NCBI GenBank assembly: GCA_046331705.1
Contig: JAXLQJ010000029.1
Span: 62,001 to 91,803 of the forward strand
DNA: 29,803 nt
Direction: 5' to 3'
DNA from: a bacterium
Lineage (GTDB): Bacteria > JADJOY01
The first letter of the stretch is position 1. Each line of letters starts with the position of its first letter. A model generated the notes under the pieces. The model made no database searches. It saw nothing but the letters and a program-made list of their open reading frames with translations, and was not told the DNA's origin. The translations under genes were made by a program, and so were the position numbers. This document shows, one piece after another, positions 17,615 through 26,009 of this stretch.

Positions 17615-20110
17615 CTAACGATCGCGTCTGCGAATGGCATAGCCGGCCGCAAGCAGCACGGCGGGCCAGTTCGCCACAGCTTGGCGATCTTGCTCCTTGA
17701 TGCGCTCCGGAACCCGATCCCACGGCACGAGGTATGGCGATTCCTTGCGCGCGACGTCGCGCTCCTCCGCTGGCTTCCAGCCCTGGAGCAGCCGTTCGGC
17801 ATTCCAGCGTCCGTGCTCACGCTCGGCGAGGCGCTCGAGCTCGCTCAGCTCGAACCGGATGGGCTGATCCATCGGCCCGCCGCGCTCCACCACGTACCCC
17901 TCGGCGCTGATCGCTCGCTCGATGAAGGCGACTTGCGCTCGATTCGAGCGCTTGAGCCCCTCATCGAGCTGGCTCCACAGAAGAAGCGATCGATCTTGGC
18001 CACCCAGACCGGTGAGTCGCGAGGCGCGGTAGGCATCGTGCACGTGCCGTCCGCCCACCTCGAGCGCGGCGTCGTCGAGCGCGGTCTTCGCGTCGCTCAA
18101 CAGCGCGTCAAAGGTGGCCTCGTCGTCGGGCACGGGCATCACATTGGCCACGTCCGACCAGTCGCGATCCTTGAGCGTGGCCTCTGCGGCATCCTTGCTA
18201 TTCGCGACGAGCGCCACGCAGGCCCCCAGCGCCGCGGCGATTCGATATTCGAGCGCCGAGAGGTCGCCGCCACCCACACCCACGAGCTTCACGTCCTGTG
18301 CCGCCACACCCGACGTGAGCAGATCATTCCAGTACCGCAGCACCTCGCGCACGCTGAAGTCGCGCGCGCCCGGGGTGCGCCGGATCTCGGAGTAGCGCAA
18401 ATCGAGGACCGCGCCGCGAGGCAGCCGCGCCGGGACGTAGCCGATCGTTCGGATTCGTCCGCGCGAGCGCGCGCCGATGCGCGCCGCCAGCTCGCAGATG
18501 CCGGTGCGTGTCCCTCCCGAGACGATCGTGCCGCGAAAGTCGCGCAGCGCTGCGCGCAGCCGCCGGTCCACCTGCGCGCGCCGGCGTCCCCAGCCGCGCG
18601 ATGTGTCGCCAGCCAAGATCAGCACGTTGCCGAAGGCGTCGTCCTGCGACTCACGCGAGCGCGCCTCCTCGACCCGTCGGGCCAGATCCAGCAGCGCCAC
18701 GACCTCGTCGAGACCGCAGATCGCAGAACGGGCACCGCTCAGGCGATGCAGCTCGCTCGCCTCCTGGCACAGCAGCCGCGCTCCTTCGCCGCGCCAGTCG
18801 CGGCGCGTCACCTCGAGCGCCTTGCAGTAGCTCTTCAGCGCCTCGTCCGGCGCGCCCGCGAAGAGTTGCAGCCTCCCAGCCGCGTAGAACGCGAGCGGCC
18901 AATCGAGGTGCGCATCCGCGCGATCGCGGCAGCGCTCGATCGCCTGACGGATCAGCGGTCGCGCCGATCCGAGCGCCGTGACCGCGCCGCCCGCGTGGCT
19001 CTCCACCTCGCAGCTCAGGAGCGCGCACAGGTGATACGGATTGGTGGGCGCTCGCTCGAACGCTCGCGCGCGATGGCTACGCTCGCGAGCAGCATCGACA
19101 CCCGCCCAGCTCTCGGCGACGAGCGCGAGCGCCTCGTCATCCGACGGGTCCGACTCGATCGCACGCGCGAGCGACTGCCGCGCCGCGGCCAACGCCGCGC
19201 GGTCGCTCGCCGGCGCCAGGCGCAACCGGGCCCGCCCCAGCTCCCGGTGCACGCGACCGTTTCGCGAGCTGACGAACGCACCGAGGGCGTCGATCACCTG
19301 TTTCCAGGCGCCAACCGCCGCCGCAGCCTGGGCGAGCTTGAGCGCCGCGCCTTCGTCCCGAGGCAGCGCCTCCGTGACGTGCGCCAGCGTTTCGAGCTCG
19401 TTCTCGGCCCGCTTTCGATCCACCCACACGCCGTGGTGATCCCGGTAGGCGTCCACCCCCTGCGCCAGCTCGGCGAACGCGCGGTCTCCTTCCTCGAGCA
19501 TCGCCGCCAAGCGCGCCGCCAACCGATGCCAGCGCGGCGGCACCTCGAAGCCCGGCTTGTAGAGCCGGTCGTGCGCGACGTCACCCCAGACGTGCTGCAG
19601 GAACGTCCGCACCTGGATCTCGAGCTTGAGCCCGTCCACCGCGCGGCGCGTCTTCGCAGGCAGGCGGCGCACGAAGGGCGAGCTCGGCCGCACGGCGATC
19701 CGATAGTGGACGCACGAATAGCCGAACTCCGACGTGCCGAGGCGTTCCTGCACGTTCTCGCGATCCGCGGGGCTCAGACCGAAATGCGCCTCGACCCACG
19801 CGCAGAGCCGCTCGACCTCCGGCACCGTGTGCGTGATCACCCGCCCCCCGCACAGGTCGAAGAGCTCGTTCACCGGGTTTGCCAGATCCGGGTATTTCCG
19901 CACCGCTTTCTCGGCGAAGCTCGCCACCGACTTGGCGCGCGCCTGCACCATCGCCAGCGGCACGCACTCCGCGACGCCGCGCCGAAGCGCCGCTTCCACG
20001 GCCGTCGCAAGCAGGCGGTAGCGCGGCTCGATCGCCTGGTACGCCCTCACCTGCGCCGCATGCCACTCCCGCTTCTCGGCGGCATCCCGCTCCCGCTCCT
20101 CGTCCGTCAC
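17615..20110 (-). CDS. Multidomain protein: RelA/SpoT-type alarmone synthetase + TPR-like repeats + SLOG domain + two RyR domains
   Basis: Synthetase: RAKSVASFAEKAVRK, DLCGGRVI, FGYSCVHY, EIQVRTFLQHVWGDVAHDRLYK. SLOG: VLILAG...TIVSGGTRTGICELA...TIGYVP...VGVGGGDLSALEYRIA. RyR1: RHVHDAY...LLWSQLDEGLKRSNR...EGY. RyR2: LAEREHGRWNAERLLQGW....RD..RKESPYLVPWDRVPERIKEQDR...GYAI. GTG 20110 preceded by GGAGGGGG. Confidence 0.88.
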   Translation of the reverse strand: MTDEERERDAAEKREWHAAQVRAYQAIEPRYRLLATAVEAALRRGVAECVPLAMVQARAKSVASFAEKAVRKYPDLANPVNELFDLCGGRVITHTVPEVERLCAWVEAHFGLSPADRENVQERLGTSEFGYSCVHYRIAVRPSSPFVRRLPAKTRRAVDGLKLEIQVRTFLQHVWGDVAHDRLYKPGFEVPPRWHRLAARLAAMLEEGDRAFAELAQGVDAYRDHHGVWVDRKRAENELETLAHVTEALPRDEGAALKLAQAAAAVGAWKQVIDALGAFVSSRNGRVHRELGRARLRLAPASDRAALAAARQSLARAIESDPSDDEALALVAESWAGVDAARERSHRARAFERAPTNPYHLCALLSCEVESHAGGAVTALGSARPLIRQAIERCRDRADAHLDWPLAFYAAGRLQLFAGAPDEALKSYCKALEVTRRDWRGEGARLLCQEASELHRLSGARSAICGLDEVVALLDLARRVEEARSRESQDDAFGNVLILAGDTSRGWGRRRAQVDRRLRAALRDFRGTIVSGGTRTGICELAARIGARSRGRIRTIGYVPARLPRGAVLDLRYSEIRRTPGARDFSVREVLRYWNDLLTSGVAAQDVKLVGVGGGDLSALEYRIAAALGACVALVANSKDAAEATLKDRDWSDVANVMPVPDDEATFDALLSDAKTALDDAALEVGGRHVHDAYRASRLTGLGGQDRSLLLWSQLDEGLKRSNRAQVAFIERAISAEGYVVERGGPMDQPIRFELSELERLAEREHGRWNAERLLQGWKPAEERDVARKESPYLVPWDRVPERIKEQDRQAVANWPAVLLAAGYAIRRRDR

Positions 20111-20231
20111 GGCCCCCTCCCGCAATCGGCTTTCCCCTTCGCACACCGCTGCACGCTATCATCTTCGAACCCGCGCGGCGTGAAGGCGCAGCAGCGCAAG
20201 CCTAGGTGAATTCGTCTAGCTTCCCTGGCCC

Positions 20232-20294
20232 ATGCCCTCGCCGACCTACGACGTCTTTCTCAGCTACGCGTCGGCGGATCTCCCGCTCGCCGAC
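20232..20294 (+). pseudogene. Truncated TIR gene (first beta strand and helix start only)
   Basis: MPSPTYDVFLSYASADLPLAD is a typical TIR N-terminus with high-GC codons; similarity stops abruptly at about 20294 where composition changes. Confidence 0.65.
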
Positions 20295-20714
20295 AACAAC
20301 ACCCACAGAGACATCCGGTGGAGCCGCCCACAGCGACAGATGCTCGCGTTCCGTCTCTATGGCCGCGGCCGCGCGCGCTCTCGCACCACCAGTGAATACT
20401 TGCTGGCTGCTCTCATGACCCCAACCTTTCAGGATCCGGCGCCGCCGAAGAACCCGAGCGACTCCAACGCCAGAGGTCTCCGCCGTCGCCTGCTCCACAG
20501 TCGAATCTCTCGACCTATCGGATCGAGTCTCGTCACCACGTCCAGCACCAGCTCACTGTCCAACACCACCTCGCGGATACCCTCCGAGTGATCCACGACG
20601 CATTCGAAAGCATGTACCACCCCAGTACACCACGCCCGATTCTTACGAAGGAGCCGAAGCCGCCGACGCTGGCCACCGAGACGTACGAGAGGATCGAACA
20701 CATACACGAAATAC

Positions 20715-21220
20715 TCACAACAGATCCGACCCGAGTTGCTTGATGCCGAGTGAAAATCGTTCGTTTTCGCGGTCGATACCGAGGACCACCGCCTCAACTA
20801 GCTGGCCCTCTCGGTAGATCTCGCTTGGGTGACCGAAGCACCTATTGTGCATAAGATCGGAGATGTGAACCAACCCGTCGATACCTTCATCCAGGCCAAT
20901 GAAAACGCCAAAGTCGGTGACCCTCTTGACCTTGCCGCGAATGACCTCGCCGATCGCATAAGCGCGCTTCGACGATTCCCACGGATTCGGCATCATCTGC
21001 TTGAGCCCCAGTGAAATCCGCTGGTTCGCCAAGTCAACGTCGAGGACCTGAGCTTCGATCTCTTGCCCGACCTCGACGAATGTCGACGGGTGCCTCACCT
21101 TCCTCGCCCACGACATATCAGACACGTGAATTAGCCCTTCGACGTCCTTCTCAAGCTGGACGAACGCGCCGTAGTCAGAGAGGCTGACCAGTACCTCTCA
21201 CTCGCGCACCTGGCGCCAAT
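20715..21220 (-). pseudogene. Two tandem S1 RNA-binding domains closely resembling internal domains (about D4-D5) of ribosomal protein S1; probably the C-terminus of the upstream frameshifted gene
   Basis: PGARVRGT/VSLSDYGAFVQLEKDVEGLIHVSDMSWARKVRHPS...VLDVDLANQRISLGLKQMMPNPW...GEVIRGKVKRVTDFGVFIGLDEGIDGLVHISDL...VEAVVLGIDRENERFSLGIKQL; one frameshift near 21190. Confidence 0.85.
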
Positions 21221-24002
21221 AACGGTTGAAGTAGCAAACGCAGCAGCAGTGCGTACAGCGCACCCCAGACATTCGAATCAGCGCTCCAATACGTCCAGTG
21301 AGTGCAGGAAGGACACATATCGCTCTACCCGTGGAACCTGACGATCCTCGACGGCGGCTTTCCGAGACCGAGGATCGATCGAGGGCTCTCATCCGACTTG
21401 CTCGCCGCTGCCTTCCAGGCTCGTCCGCCACTTCAACCAACGCGAACCGCCCCGCCGGCAGCCCCTCGCTCGCAAGCCCAGGCAAAGACAACCGCATGTC
21501 CAAGGCGAGCCCATCTAGGTGGCGAGGCTCTTCGAGATTGATACGAGCAAGCTCGCCTGATGCCGCGCGACTCGGACTCGGCCATGCGGCATAGATACGC
21601 CGCAGAAAGCGCGACCTGCTCGAATCTCACAAATCCCGACTCAATCAACGCGCCAACGTCACGCAGCTCGCTCTGCCGCACATTCTCAGCATCTACCACG
21701 TCGAGCATCAGCTCGTCGTACGCCCGCCTCTCGAACTCGCGGCTCATGTACCACCCGCCACCGTCGCCTGTATCGATCGCGCATGCTTCCATCGCCACAT
21801 CCACTCGATTTCGCCCCATACGAGCAGGGCATCCTCCCGTAGGCCCTGGATTGGCCACTGCCAATCGCCGGCTACGCTTTTCGTCTGCGCCGACGATTCG
21901 ACCCGCCGGCGCAATAGCGTCTGGGGAATCCAGCCGGTGCAGTGATCGTACTTCGGAAGCTCCTGCAACGCGCTTATGCCCAAGCCGTGACGCGTCACGG
22001 CGACTTGGCCGGACACATGCAATCCGCGCCAGTGGCCCGATGAACCAAGTTGCAAGTCCCGCGAGCAGCAGCGCAAATCCAAACCGGCTCGTCGCTGCGC
22101 CCGGATTGATAGCCAACACAACGCAAGACCGCACAGAGCCATCGTCGCCGATACGATTCCAAGCCCCCACGAGATGGGCGCTATTCCATACGTAGCGAGC
22201 TTTGAGGTGCCGACCGCGCTGTTGCGTCTCAATCTGGGCGGAACTTGCGGATGCGGGTTGTCGCGCACGCCCCCTGATGAACCACTCCGGAACCGGCCTG
22301 ATCGACCCACACTGGGCGGCGAACCCCTCGCCCGTCAACGCGTCGCTTAGCAATGAGCCTGCATTTCTTTTGCAGTCTCCTTCTTTTTCATCACGTTTGA
22401 TCGGCTTGCGCAAACGAGAATCCCCTTGCAAGCTTACAGCACCTGACGGCAACGATTGCGCGTAAAGCAATCGTGATGGGCGCGCAGGCTCTTCGAAACT
22501 CGGACATGGATCAAGACACAGAGTGCGAACAGGCCAGACTGGGCGTCGACTCTCGACCCCGAGTACGTAAGATGTAAGACATTGAAGAAGTCCGAGTTGA
22601 CCTTGAGCAGACTGGCGCCCAACTTTTACAATGTCCACAAGACCGGCAGCCTCACCGAAAAAAGACCCGCTTTCAATTGCCAGAAGACGTTCTTCGTCAT
22701 TACATCGCGTCTATCGTCCGCGCTCGATCAAGATTCACGGGCACGACCCACTGAATTGCTTCTCGCAGCAATTGTTCGCTCTCGACAATCTTGACCACTC
22801 TTCGCTTCGCCTCGTCGAAAAGGCGCTCTTGCTGTTGTTGCATCATCTGACCCAGCGCCGAGAAGGCGGGATCCGCCTGCAGCCTACGAAACGTGCGGGG
22901 GTCGCATCGAAACGCTTGACCGACCCACTCGGCTGCGCGTCGCTCATCCCCGGCGCGAGCGTAAGCGCACGCAAGCTCAACCGCGGTGCCGGCGAAGCCG
23001 CCGCCGTGTTCGCGCGCTTGCGAAGCATAGCGATTCGCCGCTTCGTGCTGTCCGCACTTCACCGCGACTTGCGCCGCCAATACGTAAGCTCCTGCTATCT
23101 GAAGCCAACCACCCCCGTCGTGCTCCAGAATCTGATGCATCTCGCAATTGAAATCATCGCTTCTTCTAATTCGGACTTTCGGCGACTGCACGAGAGCAGC
23201 CGCGCAAGCCAGTATGTTGCAGTGCGTCCAGTCGTATTTGATTTGAATTGCGAAGGTGCTTCAGCGCCATTCCGAGCTTGTCCATTGCGAGAGCGCGGCT
23301 TGCTTCGTCGAGTTCATCCTGAATCGCGTGACGCGACGTATCACGCGGGCCTGGCGGCGAGCCGGAAGGATTCGACAGCGAAAGAGTCGCTCAAAGTATC
23401 CTGAGTCAGCAACCATGAGCCCTTCATTCACGAGCTCATCTGGACGATCTCGGCCTATCGCTTCACTGGTTGGTGTGGCCTGCAATCTACAATGGAGCGA
23501 AGTGCGACTTTGTTTTTCATTGAGCACGCTGACCACAGAGTTTACGATTCTAACTACGGTTCGGAGGAGTGGCTCGGAACGATCAATCATTCCAACAGTC
23601 CAGTCCGACTGTATTACAGACTTCCACGCCTCAAGCGCGCGCGCGGCGGCTGAATCTTGCTTCGACGGAGGCTCAAGATCGACAACAAAATAGGGCAGCA
23701 CGGCTGTCCGCGGCCGATTTCTCATCGCTGCTTCATATTCAATTTGAATGGATGTCTGTGGCCGATTCGTATTCGGTCGGTGCCCCTGACTCCGATCGAC
23801 GAGGAGGACAAGGACATCCGATCGCTCGATGGCGCGCCTACTCACATCCAGGGGCGTGGCGGCTCTGGCCGAGGTGATCGTCGAGGTCGACGACATGAAT
23901 GGCTGGGCTTTGCCACTCCCGGAGCTGACGCGCCAGCTCACGCCTAAGCTCTCGGAACTCGTGAAACGTCGATGCGATGAAGACCTGACGCTTGTTAATC
24001 AC
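21220..24002 (-). pseudogene. Frameshifted DUF4062 (TIR/NDT-like fold) + TPR protein with possible TM segments
   Basis: GTG 24002 after GGAGG: (M)INKRQVFIASTFHEFRELRRELARQL.../ATPLDVSRRAIERSDVLVLLVDRSQGHRP...TSIQIEYEAAMR...VLPYF (DUF4062 pattern VFISST..L...R...SD....YG....S...EY..A). TPR end-cap ELACAYARAGDERRAAEWVGQAFRCDP...ADPAFSAL (23191-22700). Hydrophobic stretch FGFALLLAGLATWFIG near 22050. Continuity across frames is inferred. Confidence 0.6.
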
Positions 24003-24153
24003 AGCGCCTCCGCTCGCAACTACAACTTCGTTCACACCCGACGGATGCGAATGCCGCCGCCATGGAGTCCTGTCGTCGGCAGGTCCCGGACCGTCCGGCA
24101 GGCTGTGTGGTACCACAACTGCACCTCGGCAGCACCCTTCCTCTGATCTCGGG

Positions 24154-25341
24154 TCATGCGGCGCGCGCGGGCTCGGTGGGATTGCCGAGAAGCGCGATCA
24201 GGCGCTCTTCCAGATCGTCGTCGCAGATGAGGTGGTTCACGAGGCGGTAGTCGAGCAGGACGCGGCGCACGGTCTCGGCCTTGCTCGCTCCGATGGCGAT
24301 GACGACCACGCCGGGGAGCTTCGGGTTCTTGCGCGCGGCCTCGGCGCATTGCTGAAGCTGCCGCAGCTGGATTCCGGTCCAACGCGACGAGACCTGCGCG
24401 AGCTCCTCCACGTCGGTCGCCGAGAGCGTGGGCTTGGGGATGAGCGCGCCGCCGATGTCCGCCCCCACGAGCTGGCTGAGGCGCTTCCCATCCACTCCCG
24501 CCATGTCGCGGAACTGCTTCCCGTAGCCGAGGCCGAACGCCACGCCGGGGAGGCTCACGCTCACCAGCACGGTATCCATTCGGTGGATCAAGCCCCGCTG
24601 CGACGGCCGCTCGGCGCCACCGCCGAACACGTCCTGGTAGGACGGGATGCTTCGCACGTACTTCCACACGGCCTCGGCGCCATCGGGACCGAGCTTGGAA
24701 GGCACGAACGCGGGGATGCCCATGAGCGAGCGCGCCGCGCGGCGATCGTTGTTCCAGATCTCCGAGAGCTGGCTCGCGAGCATCGACGCGGAAACCTTGG
24801 GTGGCTGAATTCCGACCTGCTCGCCGCAGATCGGGATGAAGGTCACCGGGCGCCGCTCGCCCGCGCGACGCGACACGGCGAGGTCCACGCCCTGGACGCT
24901 GGCGGCGACGCTCTTGCCCCAACACACCCCGCACACCCGCGCGCGGTTGAGGATCTTCAGCAGCTCGGCACCCGCCGCCGTTCCGAAGCGCTTCAGGCGC
25001 TCGCGGTAGGCGTCCTTCGAATCGTCGCGCGAGCCGCTCGGGAACACCGCGACCGTCGGCAGCGGCAGGTTCGGCACCCGCGTCCGCTGGATCGTCTCGA
25101 GCGCCTCCCGGAGCTGCTGACGACCCGCGCGGGTGCGCACCGCGTGCAGCGTCGCGTCGTCGAGATCACCGGACACCCAGAAGGCCTCGCGCCGCAGATG
25201 GCCGGCGCGCTCCGCCGCGGCCACGAGCCGCGACACCGTGGGCTGCGAGCAATCGAGCCGCCGCGCGATCGCCTCCTGCGTCCAGCCTTCACCCGTCAGA
25301 TACGCCGCCGCCAACGCATCGATCGAGGGCTGCTTACTCAT
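24154..25341 (-). CDS. SorC/DeoR(B. subtilis)/LsrR-family transcriptional regulator (HTH + sugar-phosphate-binding domain)
   Basis: AYLTGEGWTQEAIARRLDCSQPTVSRLVAAAERAG HTH; GVCWGKSV, FIPICG, ADIGG, VVVIAIGASKAE, VNHLICD match the Sugar-bind domain (GxxWGxT, GDI.G, V..A.G..KA, N.LITD). GGGAG RBS. Confidence 0.85.
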   Translation of the reverse strand: MSKQPSIDALAAAYLTGEGWTQEAIARRLDCSQPTVSRLVAAAERAGHLRREAFWVSGDLDDATLHAVRTRAGRQQLREALETIQRTRVPNLPLPTVAVFPSGSRDDSKDAYRERLKRFGTAAGAELLKILNRARVCGVCWGKSVAASVQGVDLAVSRRAGERRPVTFIPICGEQVGIQPPKVSASMLASQLSEIWNNDRRAARSLMGIPAFVPSKLGPDGAEAVWKYVRSIPSYQDVFGGGAERPSQRGLIHRMDTVLVSVSLPGVAFGLGYGKQFRDMAGVDGKRLSQLVGADIGGALIPKPTLSATDVEELAQVSSRWTGIQLRQLQQCAEAARKNPKLPGVVVIAIGASKAETVRRVLLDYRLVNHLICDDDLEERLIALLGNPTEPARAA

Positions 25342-25363
25342 GTCGTGTCTCCCGCCGGATATT

Positions 25364-25385
25364 CATTCATCGATCGCCGTGAATG
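25364..25385. promoter_or_regulatory. Inverted repeat, candidate operator between the divergent regulators
   Basis: CATTCA-N10-TGAATG in an AT-richer patch 23 nt upstream of the SorC-family start. Confidence 0.35.
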
Positions 25386-25546
25386 CGAATTCAGACTACT
25401 GCATGACAATTGCGACACGCCACCGTGACGGCCTATTGTCGCGCTCGGGGACGAGAACCGCACCGCACCGCTGCACTCGACCGCGCTGCCCGGGCTCCCG
25501 TGCTCGGCGGCGCGTTCGAGTGAACCGGCGCACAAGGGGGATTGCG

Positions 25547-25999
25547 ATGAGTCGACAGCCATACACCTGGGACCCGACGACGAACGCGCTCGCCATGGCG
25601 CTCTCCGGCTTCATGCGGCATTCGCGCAAGCAGCTCTCGCTCAGCCAGGAGGCGCTGGCCGATCGGGTCGGTTGCGATCGCGTGACCGTGCCGCGCATCG
25701 AGCAGGGACGCCAGCTTCCGTCGTTTCAGACGCTCGCGCAGATCCTGCGGGCGCTCGACGTGCGGCCGGCGCTCGATGGCTCGCCACTTCCGTTCACGCG
25801 CCTTCCGGACTTCCGGGACCGCGCCGACCTCATCGAGGTGGTGGACGTCTTGAGCCGGGTGCAGCCGAGCACCGTGGCCACGATCCTCGACGTGCTGCGC
25901 GCCCATCATGCCCTCGTCGCGGCCAACGCGGAGCGTTCCGGGGATCCCGAGATCGTCTTCATCCGCCCAAAGCCCACCGGGTTCGTCACCGCGCGCTGA
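25547..25999 (+). CDS. XRE-family helix-turn-helix regulator
   Basis: MRHSRKQLSLSQEALADRVGCDRVTVPRIEQGRQLPSFQTLAQILRALDV is an HTH_3 pattern; AAGGGGG RBS before ATG 25547. Confidence 0.85.
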   Translation: MSRQPYTWDPTTNALAMALSGFMRHSRKQLSLSQEALADRVGCDRVTVPRIEQGRQLPSFQTLAQILRALDVRPALDGSPLPFTRLPDFRDRADLIEVVDVLSRVQPSTVATILDVLRAHHALVAANAERSGDPEIVFIRPKPTGFVTAR

Positions 26000-26009
26000 G
26001 GACGAACCC

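Noticed and set aside
17615-20110. Calling the gene relA/spoT (housekeeping stringent-response enzyme)
   Set aside because: No HD hydrolase, TGS or ACT domain; the architecture and location point to an accessory synthetase, so no gene symbol was given.
20112-20123. CCCTCCCGC match to the tRNA-Met 3' end as an att site
   Set aside because: Only 9 bp in GC-rich DNA and it coincides with the RBS of the RelA-like gene; expected by chance.
20715-21220. Calling this the ribosomal gene rpsA
   Set aside because: Only two S1 repeats, no N-terminal ribosome-binding domains, atypical composition for this host and no cmk/ihfB-type context.
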